49,132 bases of DNA from Ramlibacter sp. Its GTDB lineage: Bacteria > Pseudomonadota > Gammaproteobacteria > Burkholderiales > Burkholderiaceae_C. The notes beneath the pieces are model-generated. The model did no database searches, was not told the DNA's origin, and saw only the letters and a program-made list of their open reading frames with translations. Position 1 is the first letter of the stretch; each line of letters begins with the position of its first letter. The position numbers and the translations under genes are program-made. This document shows, one piece after another, positions 19,172 to 29,241 of the stretch. The DNA is taken from the NCBI GenBank assembly GCA_026785815.1, contig JAJAZH010000282.1:1-49132 (forward strand), written 5' to 3'.

Positions 19172-19891
19172 ATGACTTCAACCCTCCGCTTCGCCTGTGA
19201 AACCGCCACCGAAGGCGCCGCGCCCCGCACCGACACCCTCGACGTCGCGCCGCGCCAGTTGGTGATCGCCGGCTGGACCGGCCGCGACGCCGCCGCCATC
19301 CAGCACCACATCCACGAGCTGGAACTGATCGGCGTGCCGGCACCGTCGCAGGTGCCGCTGTACTACCGCGCCGGCGCCGCCCTGCTGACCCAGTCCGCCA
19401 CCATCGAGGTGCTGGGCGCCGACAGTTCGGGCGAAGCCGAGCCGGTATTGTTCTTCGCCGCCAGCCAGTGGTGGCTGACTGTGGGCTCGGACCACACCGA
19501 CCGCAAGGTGGAGACCTATTCGATCGCGGTCTCCAAGCAGATGTGCCCCAAGCCGGTGGCGGCCGTGGCCTGGCGCTGGACCGACGTCGCCGGCCACCAG
19601 GACGAACTGGAACTGCACTCCAGCATCCTGGAGGACGGCAAGTGGGTCGCTTACCAGCGCGGCAGCTTCGCCTCGATCCGTCCGCTGCAGTCGCTGCGCG
19701 ACGGCTTCCTCGGCGCCGCCGCGCCGCTGGAAGGCAGCTTCATGACCTGCGGCACGCTGGGGGCGCTGCCCAACGAACGGGGCCAGGGCATCCGGCCGGC
19801 AGCGCAGATGCAGCTGGAGATTCGCGACCCGCGCCGCAACCGCAGCATCGTCCACCGCTACGTCGTGCAGTCGCTGCCGGTGGTTGCCTGA
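19172..19891 (+). CDS. DUF2848-family protein
   Basis: Probable ATG 19172; VIAGWTGRD..AIQHHI.EL..IGVPAPS.VP and GSDHTDR...SKQMCPKP. Confidence 0.82.
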   Translation: MTSTLRFACETATEGAAPRTDTLDVAPRQLVIAGWTGRDAAAIQHHIHELELIGVPAPSQVPLYYRAGAALLTQSATIEVLGADSSGEAEPVLFFAASQWWLTVGSDHTDRKVETYSIAVSKQMCPKPVAAVAWRWTDVAGHQDELELHSSILEDGKWVAYQRGSFASIRPLQSLRDGFLGAAAPLEGSFMTCGTLGALPNERGQGIRPAAQMQLEIRDPRRNRSIVHRYVVQSLPVVA

Positions 19892-19904
19892 TCCGGACCG
19901 CACG

Positions 19905-21248
19905 ATGAACCGCATGCACCACGACATCCGCCGGATCCACGCCCGCCTGGCCTGCGGCGACACCACTCGCGAAGCCCTGGTCACGCAGGCGCTGGCGGAT
20001 GCCGCGGCGGCCCCCGCGGCCCATGTATTCACCCGCCTGTATGCCGACGCCGCTCTGGCATCGGCGCGCTACGCCGACCAGGCCGGCGCCGCCGGTGTGG
20101 CGTTGCACCGGCTGGCCGGCCTGCCGGTCACGATCAAGGACCTGTACGACGTGGCCGGCGCGACCACCATGGCGGGCTCGCTGGCCTGCGCCGGCGAGCC
20201 CGCCGCCAGCGCCGACGCAACCGCGGTGGCGCGCCTGCGTGGGGCCGGCGCTGCGATCCAGGGCAAGACCAACATGACCGAGTTCGCGTTCTCGGGTGTC
20301 GGCATCAACCCCCACTACGGCACGCCGCGCAATCCGGCGGACGCGGCGCTGGCGCGGATCCCGGGCGGCTCGTCGTCGGGGGCGGCGGTTTCGGTCGCGC
20401 TCGGGCTGGCTGTTGCCGGCCTGGGCTCGGACACGGGCGGCTCAATCCGGATTCCGGCGGCGCTGTGTGGCTTGGTCGGCTTCAAGAGCACCCAGGACCG
20501 GGTGCCGCGCACCGGCGCGCTGGAGCTGTCGCGCACGCTGGACACGGTGTGCGCAATGACCCGCAGCGTGGCTGACTGCCTGCTGGTGGACGGCGTGCTG
20601 GCTGGCGCCGCCCTCCAGGTGCGTCGCCGCCCCGCCGCCGGCCTGCGGCTTGCCGTGCCGCAAGCGGTGGTGCTCGGCGACCTGGATCCGGTGGTGGCCC
20701 GGGCCTTCAGCCGGGCCCTGACCCGGCTGTCGGCGGCCGGCTGCCAGATCGTCGAGATCGCGCTGAACGAACTGGCGGAAATCCCGAAGCTCAACGCCCC
20801 CGGCGGCTTTTCCGCGGGCGAGGCCTTCGCCGCCCATCACCAACGACTGGCGCGCGCGCGCGGCAGTTTCGACGCCCGGGTCGCGGCCCGGATCGCCACC
20901 GGCGCCGCCACCACCGCACAGCAATACATCGCGATGCACGATAACCGGCGCGACTGGATCGCCCGGGTGGAGTCGGCGCTGGATGGCTTCGACGCCCTGC
21001 TGCTGCCGACGGTGCCGCTGGTGGCCCCGGAAATCGCGCCGCTGCTGGCGTCGGACGACGCCTTCTTCAAGGCCAACGGCCTGCTGCTGCGCAATCCGTT
21101 CGCCATCAATTACCTCGACGGTTGCGCCTTCAGCCTGCCCTGTCATGCCGACGACGAGCTGCCGGTCGGCTTGATGTGCGCATCGGTCCACGGCGACGAC
21201 GCCGCCCTGGCGGCCGTGGCCCTGGCGCTGGAGCAGGCGCTGGGCTGA
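19905..21248 (+). CDS. Amidase-signature family amidase
   Basis: Lys in IKDL, GKTNMTEFA, GGSSSG and GSDTGGSIRIPAA (Ser-cisSer-Lys triad). Confidence 0.93.
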   Translation: MNRMHHDIRRIHARLACGDTTREALVTQALADAAAAPAAHVFTRLYADAALASARYADQAGAAGVALHRLAGLPVTIKDLYDVAGATTMAGSLACAGEPAASADATAVARLRGAGAAIQGKTNMTEFAFSGVGINPHYGTPRNPADAALARIPGGSSSGAAVSVALGLAVAGLGSDTGGSIRIPAALCGLVGFKSTQDRVPRTGALELSRTLDTVCAMTRSVADCLLVDGVLAGAALQVRRRPAAGLRLAVPQAVVLGDLDPVVARAFSRALTRLSAAGCQIVEIALNELAEIPKLNAPGGFSAGEAFAAHHQRLARARGSFDARVAARIATGAATTAQQYIAMHDNRRDWIARVESALDGFDALLLPTVPLVAPEIAPLLASDDAFFKANGLLLRNPFAINYLDGCAFSLPCHADDELPVGLMCASVHGDDAALAAVALALEQALG

Positions 21249-21251
21249 ACG

Positions 21252-21770
21252 CTATTTGCCCATGTGCTCCATTGCATCCGGGTCAGGCCCGGTGCTGGTG
21301 CGCAGCACGCGGTACTGCGAGTCGAACCAGACCGTGAACACCATCGAGGTGTTGGGCAGCTGCAGGTAGCGCCAGTCCCACGCGGTCTCGTTCTTGAGCG
21401 AATAGGTGACGGCCTTGGCCGGCTTGCCCAGTGTCCGCCGCACCTCTTCCATCATCATGCCCGGCTGGATACGCTCGAAGTTGGCTGGATTCAAGACCTG
21501 GCGCAAAGCGCTCATGCGACCTCCGGGATCGATGGTGATCATGTAGTTCTTCTGGCCGGCTGGCTGCCGGTTGTATTCGAGGATGCGGGCGCCCGCGGCC
21601 CCATCCCAGATTTTCTCCGGTTCGCCGAAGCGGGCCCGCACATCGGCTTCGCTGGCCACGCCCTCCTCCAGCTCGCTGATCCGCTGGGGATCGCAGCCGG
21701 CCAGCAGCCAGGTCGCGATCACCGCCGCACCTGCAGCACGCAGCGCCAGCACCGAAAACCTGAGGGCCAT
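21252..21770 (-). CDS. Lipoprotein with tandem SmpA/BamE-like domains
   Basis: Lipobox LAGC; two units, GVASEADVRARFGEP and GMMMEEVRRTLGKP...WDWRY. Confidence 0.78.
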   Translation of the reverse strand: MALRFSVLALRAAGAAVIATWLLAGCDPQRISELEEGVASEADVRARFGEPEKIWDGAAGARILEYNRQPAGQKNYMITIDPGGRMSALRQVLNPANFERIQPGMMMEEVRRTLGKPAKAVTYSLKNETAWDWRYLQLPNTSMVFTVWFDSQYRVLRTSTGPDPDAMEHMGK

Positions 21771-21809
21771 GAGCGTCCAGTAAAATCGTTGGAAAGGCCC
21801 AGTCTATCC

Positions 21810-22028
21810 ATGTCCCTCCTGCTCAAAATCTTCCGGCGGCCCGATTACAAGTCCGAGGCGACGCAGTTCATCGAGCAGCTGAAGTCGCAGCAGCCCGATC
21901 TCGAATCGCGGCAGCGCGCCGGGCGCGCCCTGCTGTGGGACAAGCACGTGGACCGCGAGGCCTGGGGCGAGTTCCGCGAGGCGGAAGTCGCGCAGCAGGC
22001 CTACGTCTACCAGAACAGCACCCGCTGA
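21810..22028 (+). CDS. DUF3460-family small protein (72 aa)
   Basis: YKSEATQFIEQLK...QRAGRALLWDK...VAQQAYVYQ, upstream of scpA; TAAAAT at 21781-21786. Confidence 0.85.
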   Translation: MSLLLKIFRRPDYKSEATQFIEQLKSQQPDLESRQRAGRALLWDKHVDREAWGEFREAEVAQQAYVYQNSTR

Positions 22029-22087
22029 CCGGTTTGGCCGCCAAGCTCGCCATCCTGCCCCCTTCGGCGCCAGCAACCCTGGTCGAC

Positions 22088-22885
22088 ATGCCGGAGGTGG
22101 TCGACCAGGTGGCGCTGGCGCGCCTGTACGGCGAGCCGCTGTTCGCGATGCCGACGGACCTGTACATCCCGCCGGACGCACTTGAAGTTTTCCTGGAAGC
22201 CTTCGAGGGCCCGCTGGACCTGCTGCTGTACCTGATCCGCAAGCAGAACTTCAACATCCTCGACATTCCGATGGCCGGCGTCACCCGCCAGTACCTGGTG
22301 TACGTCGACGAAATCCGCGGTCGCAACCTCGAGCTGGCGGCCGAGTACCTGTTGATGGCCGCGATGCTGATCGAGATCAAGTCGCGCATGCTGCTGCCGC
22401 CGCGCAAGGCGGCGCCCGGCGAGGAGGCGGAAGATCCGCGCGCCGAACTGGTGCGGCGCCTGCTTGAATACGAGCAGATGAAAGCGGCCGCTTTCCGCCT
22501 CAACGAAGTGCCCCAGGTCGGCCGCGACGTGTTGCGGGCGCAGGTGTTCATCGAGCAGTCGCTGCAACCGCGCTTCCCCGACGTGAACGTGGTCGACCTG
22601 CAGGAAGCCTGGCGCGACATCGTCAAGCGGGCCAGTCTGGTGCAGCATCACAAGATCACGCGCGAAGAGTTGTCGGTGCGCGAGCACATGAGCATCGTGT
22701 TGCGCAAGCTGCAGGGCCGCAAGTTCGTCGAATTCGAGCAGCTGTTCGACGCCGCGCGCGGAATGCAGGTGCTGATCGTGACCTTCATCGCGATGCTTGA
22801 ACTGGCCAAGGAGACCCTGATCGAGGTCACCCAGGCTGAAGCCTTCGCGCCGATCTATGTGCGGCTGGCGTATTCGCCCGCTTAA
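22088..22885 (+). CDS. scpA: Segregation and condensation protein A (kleisin)
   Basis: FEGPLDLLLYLI, AAEYLLMAAMLIEIKSRMLLP, TFIAMLELAK. An alternative in-frame TTG start lies at 22034. Confidence 0.95.
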   Translation: MPEVVDQVALARLYGEPLFAMPTDLYIPPDALEVFLEAFEGPLDLLLYLIRKQNFNILDIPMAGVTRQYLVYVDEIRGRNLELAAEYLLMAAMLIEIKSRMLLPPRKAAPGEEAEDPRAELVRRLLEYEQMKAAAFRLNEVPQVGRDVLRAQVFIEQSLQPRFPDVNVVDLQEAWRDIVKRASLVQHHKITREELSVREHMSIVLRKLQGRKFVEFEQLFDAARGMQVLIVTFIAMLELAKETLIEVTQAEAFAPIYVRLAYSPA

Positions 22886-22912
22886 AAAAATGACCCCCGA
22901 CGCTTGCTCTCT

Positions 22913-24532
22913 ATGACCAACCATCCACAGCCCGTGCTCCAGGATTTCGATGTGCTGATCGTCGGCAGCGGCCTGGCCGGCCTGTCGGCGGCGATGCACC
23001 TGGCCCCGACCCATCGTGTCGCCATCCTGACCAAGCGCTCGATGAGCGACGGTTCCAGCGGCTGGGCCCAGGGCGGGATCGCTGCCGTGCTGGGCGAAGG
23101 CGACAGCTTCGCATCGCACGTCGACGACACGCTGGTGGCGGGCGCCGGCCTGTCCGACCCCGAGGCCACCCGCTTCGTCGTCGAGCACGCCCCCGAGAGC
23201 ATCGAGTGGCTGCGCCAGCTCGGCGTGCCGTTCTCGCAGGAGGGCGGCCACCTGCACCTGACCCGCGAAGGAGGACACAGCGCGCGCCGCATCGTGCATG
23301 TGACCGACGCCACCGGCGCGGCGGTGCAGCGCACACTGATCGAGCATGTGCGGCGCACGCCGAACATCAGCTTGTTCGAGCATCACACGCTGGTCGACCT
23401 GATCACCAGCGAAAAGCTCGGCCTCCCCGAGTCCGGCGGCGCAGTGGCCTCAGGCAACCGCTGCCTGGGCCTGTACGCGCTCGACGAGAAGACCGACGAA
23501 GTCCTGACCTTTCGCGCCCCGCGGACGATCCTGGCCACCGGCGGCGCCGGCAAGGTTTACCTGTACACCACCAATCCGGACACCGCGACCGGCGACGGCA
23601 TCGCGGCGGCCTGGCGGGCCGGTTGCCGGGTGACCAACATGGAGTTCATCCAGTTCCACCCGACCTGCCTGTTCCACCCCAGCGTGAAGAGCTACCTGAT
23701 CACCGAGGCCGTGCGGGGGGAAGGCGGCCGGCTGCTGTTGCCGCCATCGGCCGGCGGCACCCGCTTCATGCCGGAGCACGACCCGCGGGCCGAACTGGCG
23801 CCGCGTGACATCGTGGCTCGCGCCATCGACTTCGAAATGAAGAAGCATGGCGTCGATTGCGTTTTCCTGGACATCTCGCACCAGCCCGAAGCCTTCATCC
23901 TGGAGCACTTTCCCAACATCCACGCCCGCTGTCTGGAACTGGGCATCGACATCACGAAGCAGCCGATCCCCGTGGTGCCGGCAGCCCACTACACATGCGG
24001 CGGCATCCACACCGACTTGGCCGGACGCACCGACCTGGCCGGGCTGCACGCGATCGGCGAGACCGCTTACACCGGCCTGCACGGCGCCAACCGCCTGGCC
24101 AGCAATTCGCTGTTGGAGTGCATGGTGTTCGCGCACGCGGCGGCGCAGGATATCCGCGCCCACTCGATGCCGCTGCCGCCGGCGGTGCCGGCCTGGGACG
24201 ACAGCCAGGTCACGGACGCCGACGAGTCGGTGGTGATCTCGCACAACTGGGAAGAGCTGCGCCGCTTCATGTGGGACTACGTCGGCATCGTCCGGACCAA
24301 CAAGCGGCTGGAGCGCGCGTCGCACCGGATCCGGCTGCTGCAGCAAGAGATCCAGGAGTTCTACAGCGCTTTCCATGTCTCGCGCGACCTGCTGGAGCTG
24401 CGCAACCTGGTCCAGGTGGCGGACCTGATCGTGCGCTCGGCGCAGTCGCGGCACGAAAGCCGCGGCCTGCATTTCAGCCGCGACTACCCCGGCGCCGACC
24501 CGAATCCCAGGCCGACGATCCTGACGCCCTGA
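22913..24532 (+). CDS. nadB: L-aspartate oxidase
   Basis: GSGLAGL FAD motif, [57 protein letters not shown]. Confidence 0.96.
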   Translation: MTNHPQPVLQDFDVLIVGSGLAGLSAAMHLAPTHRVAILTKRSMSDGSSGWAQGGIAAVLGEGDSFASHVDDTLVAGAGLSDPEATRFVVEHAPESIEWLRQLGVPFSQEGGHLHLTREGGHSARRIVHVTDATGAAVQRTLIEHVRRTPNISLFEHHTLVDLITSEKLGLPESGGAVASGNRCLGLYALDEKTDEVLTFRAPRTILATGGAGKVYLYTTNPDTATGDGIAAAWRAGCRVTNMEFIQFHPTCLFHPSVKSYLITEAVRGEGGRLLLPPSAGGTRFMPEHDPRAELAPRDIVARAIDFEMKKHGVDCVFLDISHQPEAFILEHFPNIHARCLELGIDITKQPIPVVPAAHYTCGGIHTDLAGRTDLAGLHAIGETAYTGLHGANRLASNSLLECMVFAHAAAQDIRAHSMPLPPAVPAWDDSQVTDADESVVISHNWEELRRFMWDYVGIVRTNKRLERASHRIRLLQQEIQEFYSAFHVSRDLLELRNLVQVADLIVRSAQSRHESRGLHFSRDYPGADPNPRPTILTP

Positions 24533-24550
24533 ACGAGGAGGGTCGCGCGC

Positions 24551-24582
24551 GGCCTGAGGCCTGAGGCCTCAGGCCTCAGGCC
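24551..24582. repeat. Fold point built from heptamer repeats: (GGCCTGA)2-GGCC-(TCAGGCC)2
   Basis: The sequence reads GGCCTGAGGCCTGAGGCCTCAGGCCTCAGGCC. Confidence 0.95.
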
Positions 24583-24600
24583 GCGCGCGACCCTCCTCGT

Positions 24601-26220
24601 TCAGGGCGTCAGGATCGTCGGCCTGGGATTCGGGTCGGCGCCGGGGTAGTCGCGGCTGAAATGCAGGCCGCGGCTTTCGTGCCGCGACTGCGCCGAGCGC
24701 ACGATCAGGTCCGCCACCTGGACCAGGTTGCGCAGCTCCAGCAGGTCGCGCGAGACATGGAAAGCGCTGTAGAACTCCTGGATCTCTTGCTGCAGCAGCC
24801 GGATCCGGTGCGACGCGCGCTCCAGCCGCTTGTTGGTCCGGACGATGCCGACGTAGTCCCACATGAAGCGGCGCAGCTCTTCCCAGTTGTGCGAGATCAC
24901 CACCGACTCGTCGGCGTCCGTGACCTGGCTGTCGTCCCAGGCCGGCACCGCCGGCGGCAGCGGCATCGAGTGGGCGCGGATATCCTGCGCCGCCGCGTGC
25001 GCGAACACCATGCACTCCAACAGCGAATTGCTGGCCAGGCGGTTGGCGCCGTGCAGGCCGGTGTAAGCGGTCTCGCCGATCGCGTGCAGCCCGGCCAGGT
25101 CGGTGCGTCCGGCCAAGTCGGTGTGGATGCCGCCGCATGTGTAGTGGGCTGCCGGCACCACGGGGATCGGCTGCTTCGTGATGTCGATGCCCAGTTCCAG
25201 ACAGCGGGCGTGGATGTTGGGAAAGTGCTCCAGGATGAAGGCTTCGGGCTGGTGCGAGATGTCCAGGAAAACGCAATCGACGCCATGCTTCTTCATTTCG
25301 AAGTCGATGGCGCGAGCCACGATGTCACGCGGCGCCAGTTCGGCCCGCGGGTCGTGCTCCGGCATGAAGCGGGTGCCGCCGGCCGATGGCGGCAACAGCA
25401 GCCGGCCGCCTTCCCCCCGCACGGCCTCGGTGATCAGGTAGCTCTTCACGCTGGGGTGGAACAGGCAGGTCGGGTGGAACTGGATGAACTCCATGTTGGT
25501 CACCCGGCAACCGGCCCGCCAGGCCGCCGCGATGCCGTCGCCGGTCGCGGTGTCCGGATTGGTGGTGTACAGGTAAACCTTGCCGGCGCCGCCGGTGGCC
25601 AGGATCGTCCGCGGGGCGCGAAAGGTCAGGACTTCGTCGGTCTTCTCGTCGAGCGCGTACAGGCCCAGGCAGCGGTTGCCTGAGGCCACTGCGCCGCCGG
25701 ACTCGGGGAGGCCGAGCTTTTCGCTGGTGATCAGGTCGACCAGCGTGTGATGCTCGAACAAGCTGATGTTCGGCGTGCGCCGCACATGCTCGATCAGTGT
25801 GCGCTGCACCGCCGCGCCGGTGGCGTCGGTCACATGCACGATGCGGCGCGCGCTGTGTCCTCCTTCGCGGGTCAGGTGCAGGTGGCCGCCCTCCTGCGAG
25901 AACGGCACGCCGAGCTGGCGCAGCCACTCGATGCTCTCGGGGGCGTGCTCGACGACGAAGCGGGTGGCCTCGGGGTCGGACAGGCCGGCGCCCGCCACCA
26001 GCGTGTCGTCGACGTGCGATGCGAAGCTGTCGCCTTCGCCCAGCACGGCAGCGATCCCGCCCTGGGCCCAGCCGCTGGAACCGTCGCTCATCGAGCGCTT
26101 GGTCAGGATGGCGACACGATGGGTCGGGGCCAGGTGCATCGCCGCCGACAGGCCGGCCAGGCCGCTGCCGACGATCAGCACATCGAAATCCTGGAGCACG
26201 GGCTGTGGATGGTTGGTCAT
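24601..26220 (-). CDS. nadB: L-aspartate oxidase (mirror copy)
   Basis: Reverse complement of 22913-24532. Confidence 0.9.
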   Translation of the reverse strand: MTNHPQPVLQDFDVLIVGSGLAGLSAAMHLAPTHRVAILTKRSMSDGSSGWAQGGIAAVLGEGDSFASHVDDTLVAGAGLSDPEATRFVVEHAPESIEWLRQLGVPFSQEGGHLHLTREGGHSARRIVHVTDATGAAVQRTLIEHVRRTPNISLFEHHTLVDLITSEKLGLPESGGAVASGNRCLGLYALDEKTDEVLTFRAPRTILATGGAGKVYLYTTNPDTATGDGIAAAWRAGCRVTNMEFIQFHPTCLFHPSVKSYLITEAVRGEGGRLLLPPSAGGTRFMPEHDPRAELAPRDIVARAIDFEMKKHGVDCVFLDISHQPEAFILEHFPNIHARCLELGIDITKQPIPVVPAAHYTCGGIHTDLAGRTDLAGLHAIGETAYTGLHGANRLASNSLLECMVFAHAAAQDIRAHSMPLPPAVPAWDDSQVTDADESVVISHNWEELRRFMWDYVGIVRTNKRLERASHRIRLLQQEIQEFYSAFHVSRDLLELRNLVQVADLIVRSAQSRHESRGLHFSRDYPGADPNPRPTILTP

Positions 26221-26247
26221 AGAGAGCAAGCGTCGGGGGTCATTTTT

Positions 26248-27045
26248 TTAAGCGGGCGAATACGCCAGCCGCACATAGATCGGCGCGAAGGCTTCAGCCT
26301 GGGTGACCTCGATCAGGGTCTCCTTGGCCAGTTCAAGCATCGCGATGAAGGTCACGATCAGCACCTGCATTCCGCGCGCGGCGTCGAACAGCTGCTCGAA
26401 TTCGACGAACTTGCGGCCCTGCAGCTTGCGCAACACGATGCTCATGTGCTCGCGCACCGACAACTCTTCGCGCGTGATCTTGTGATGCTGCACCAGACTG
26501 GCCCGCTTGACGATGTCGCGCCAGGCTTCCTGCAGGTCGACCACGTTCACGTCGGGGAAGCGCGGTTGCAGCGACTGCTCGATGAACACCTGCGCCCGCA
26601 ACACGTCGCGGCCGACCTGGGGCACTTCGTTGAGGCGGAAAGCGGCCGCTTTCATCTGCTCGTATTCAAGCAGGCGCCGCACCAGTTCGGCGCGCGGATC
26701 TTCCGCCTCCTCGCCGGGCGCCGCCTTGCGCGGCGGCAGCAGCATGCGCGACTTGATCTCGATCAGCATCGCGGCCATCAACAGGTACTCGGCCGCCAGC
26801 TCGAGGTTGCGACCGCGGATTTCGTCGACGTACACCAGGTACTGGCGGGTGACGCCGGCCATCGGAATGTCGAGGATGTTGAAGTTCTGCTTGCGGATCA
26901 GGTACAGCAGCAGGTCCAGCGGGCCCTCGAAGGCTTCCAGGAAAACTTCAAGTGCGTCCGGCGGGATGTACAGGTCCGTCGGCATCGCGAACAGCGGCTC
27001 GCCGTACAGGCGCGCCAGCGCCACCTGGTCGACCACCTCCGGCAT
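26248..27045 (-). CDS. scpA: ScpA (mirror copy)
   Basis: Reverse complement of 22088-22885. Confidence 0.9.
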   Translation of the reverse strand: MPEVVDQVALARLYGEPLFAMPTDLYIPPDALEVFLEAFEGPLDLLLYLIRKQNFNILDIPMAGVTRQYLVYVDEIRGRNLELAAEYLLMAAMLIEIKSRMLLPPRKAAPGEEAEDPRAELVRRLLEYEQMKAAAFRLNEVPQVGRDVLRAQVFIEQSLQPRFPDVNVVDLQEAWRDIVKRASLVQHHKITREELSVREHMSIVLRKLQGRKFVEFEQLFDAARGMQVLIVTFIAMLELAKETLIEVTQAEAFAPIYVRLAYSPA

Positions 27046-27104
27046 GTCGACCAGGGTTGCTGGCGCCGAAGGGGGCAGGATGGCGAGCTTGGCGGCCAAA
27101 CCGG

Positions 27105-27323
27105 TCAGCGGGTGCTGTTCTGGTAGACGTAGGCCTGCTGCGCGACTTCCGCCTCGCGGAACTCGCCCCAGGCCTCGCGGTCCACGTGCTTGTCCCACAG
27201 CAGGGCGCGCCCGGCGCGCTGCCGCGATTCGAGATCGGGCTGCTGCGACTTCAGCTGCTCGATGAACTGCGTCGCCTCGGACTTGTAATCGGGCCGCCGG
27301 AAGATTTTGAGCAGGAGGGACAT
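27105..27323 (-). CDS. DUF3460 protein (mirror copy)
   Basis: Reverse complement of 21810-22028. Confidence 0.8.
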   Translation of the reverse strand: MSLLLKIFRRPDYKSEATQFIEQLKSQQPDLESRQRAGRALLWDKHVDREAWGEFREAEVAQQAYVYQNSTR

Positions 27324-27362
27324 GGATAGACTGGGCCTTTCCAACGATTTTACTGGACGCTC

Positions 27363-27881
27363 ATGGCCCTCAGGTTTTCGGTGCTGGCGCTGCGTGCTGC
27401 AGGTGCGGCGGTGATCGCGACCTGGCTGCTGGCCGGCTGCGATCCCCAGCGGATCAGCGAGCTGGAGGAGGGCGTGGCCAGCGAAGCCGATGTGCGGGCC
27501 CGCTTCGGCGAACCGGAGAAAATCTGGGATGGGGCCGCGGGCGCCCGCATCCTCGAATACAACCGGCAGCCAGCCGGCCAGAAGAACTACATGATCACCA
27601 TCGATCCCGGAGGTCGCATGAGCGCTTTGCGCCAGGTCTTGAATCCAGCCAACTTCGAGCGTATCCAGCCGGGCATGATGATGGAAGAGGTGCGGCGGAC
27701 ACTGGGCAAGCCGGCCAAGGCCGTCACCTATTCGCTCAAGAACGAGACCGCGTGGGACTGGCGCTACCTGCAGCTGCCCAACACCTCGATGGTGTTCACG
27801 GTCTGGTTCGACTCGCAGTACCGCGTGCTGCGCACCAGCACCGGGCCTGACCCGGATGCAATGGAGCACATGGGCAAATAG
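27363..27881 (+). CDS. SmpA/BamE-like lipoprotein (mirror copy)
   Basis: Reverse complement of 21252-21770. Confidence 0.75.
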   Translation: MALRFSVLALRAAGAAVIATWLLAGCDPQRISELEEGVASEADVRARFGEPEKIWDGAAGARILEYNRQPAGQKNYMITIDPGGRMSALRQVLNPANFERIQPGMMMEEVRRTLGKPAKAVTYSLKNETAWDWRYLQLPNTSMVFTVWFDSQYRVLRTSTGPDPDAMEHMGK

Positions 27882-27884
27882 CGT

Positions 27885-29228
27885 TCAGCCCAGCGCCTGC
27901 TCCAGCGCCAGGGCCACGGCCGCCAGGGCGGCGTCGTCGCCGTGGACCGATGCGCACATCAAGCCGACCGGCAGCTCGTCGTCGGCATGACAGGGCAGGC
28001 TGAAGGCGCAACCGTCGAGGTAATTGATGGCGAACGGATTGCGCAGCAGCAGGCCGTTGGCCTTGAAGAAGGCGTCGTCCGACGCCAGCAGCGGCGCGAT
28101 TTCCGGGGCCACCAGCGGCACCGTCGGCAGCAGCAGGGCGTCGAAGCCATCCAGCGCCGACTCCACCCGGGCGATCCAGTCGCGCCGGTTATCGTGCATC
28201 GCGATGTATTGCTGTGCGGTGGTGGCGGCGCCGGTGGCGATCCGGGCCGCGACCCGGGCGTCGAAACTGCCGCGCGCGCGCGCCAGTCGTTGGTGATGGG
28301 CGGCGAAGGCCTCGCCCGCGGAAAAGCCGCCGGGGGCGTTGAGCTTCGGGATTTCCGCCAGTTCGTTCAGCGCGATCTCGACGATCTGGCAGCCGGCCGC
28401 CGACAGCCGGGTCAGGGCCCGGCTGAAGGCCCGGGCCACCACCGGATCCAGGTCGCCGAGCACCACCGCTTGCGGCACGGCAAGCCGCAGGCCGGCGGCG
28501 GGGCGGCGACGCACCTGGAGGGCGGCGCCAGCCAGCACGCCGTCCACCAGCAGGCAGTCAGCCACGCTGCGGGTCATTGCGCACACCGTGTCCAGCGTGC
28601 GCGACAGCTCCAGCGCGCCGGTGCGCGGCACCCGGTCCTGGGTGCTCTTGAAGCCGACCAAGCCACACAGCGCCGCCGGAATCCGGATTGAGCCGCCCGT
28701 GTCCGAGCCCAGGCCGGCAACAGCCAGCCCGAGCGCGACCGAAACCGCCGCCCCCGACGACGAGCCGCCCGGGATCCGCGCCAGCGCCGCGTCCGCCGGA
28801 TTGCGCGGCGTGCCGTAGTGGGGGTTGATGCCGACACCCGAGAACGCGAACTCGGTCATGTTGGTCTTGCCCTGGATCGCAGCGCCGGCCCCACGCAGGC
28901 GCGCCACCGCGGTTGCGTCGGCGCTGGCGGCGGGCTCGCCGGCGCAGGCCAGCGAGCCCGCCATGGTGGTCGCGCCGGCCACGTCGTACAGGTCCTTGAT
29001 CGTGACCGGCAGGCCGGCCAGCCGGTGCAACGCCACACCGGCGGCGCCGGCCTGGTCGGCGTAGCGCGCCGATGCCAGAGCGGCGTCGGCATACAGGCGG
29101 GTGAATACATGGGCCGCGGGGGCCGCCGCGGCATCCGCCAGCGCCTGCGTGACCAGGGCTTCGCGAGTGGTGTCGCCGCAGGCCAGGCGGGCGTGGATCC
29201 GGCGGATGTCGTGGTGCATGCGGTTCAT
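27885..29228 (-). CDS. Amidase (mirror copy)
   Basis: Reverse complement of 19905-21248. Confidence 0.88.
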   Translation of the reverse strand: MNRMHHDIRRIHARLACGDTTREALVTQALADAAAAPAAHVFTRLYADAALASARYADQAGAAGVALHRLAGLPVTIKDLYDVAGATTMAGSLACAGEPAASADATAVARLRGAGAAIQGKTNMTEFAFSGVGINPHYGTPRNPADAALARIPGGSSSGAAVSVALGLAVAGLGSDTGGSIRIPAALCGLVGFKSTQDRVPRTGALELSRTLDTVCAMTRSVADCLLVDGVLAGAALQVRRRPAAGLRLAVPQAVVLGDLDPVVARAFSRALTRLSAAGCQIVEIALNELAEIPKLNAPGGFSAGEAFAAHHQRLARARGSFDARVAARIATGAATTAQQYIAMHDNRRDWIARVESALDGFDALLLPTVPLVAPEIAPLLASDDAFFKANGLLLRNPFAINYLDGCAFSLPCHADDELPVGLMCASVHGDDAALAAVALALEQALG

Positions 29229-29241
29229 CGTGCGGTCCGGA

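Noticed and set aside
19905-21248. gatA
   Set aside because: There are no gatB/gatC neighbours and the catabolic context fits a stand-alone amidase.
4002-21248. Mobile genomic island
   Set aside because: No integrase, tRNA, att sites or obvious compositional shift in coding regions; it looks accessory but mobility is unsupported.
22088-22885. scpA without adjacent scpB/smc as a novel condensin or Wadjet-like defence system
   Set aside because: It is an ordinary ScpA; scpA separated from scpB is, to my knowledge, usual in Betaproteobacteria, and no jet/mks partners are present.
24551-24582. CRISPR repeat, IS end or known protelomerase site
   Set aside because: There are no spacers, cas, transposase or telomere resolvase genes, and no resemblance to target sites I recognise.
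24533-24600. Rho-independent terminator between convergent nadB genes
   Set aside because: The stem is simply the centre of the global palindrome; there is no loop or U-tract.
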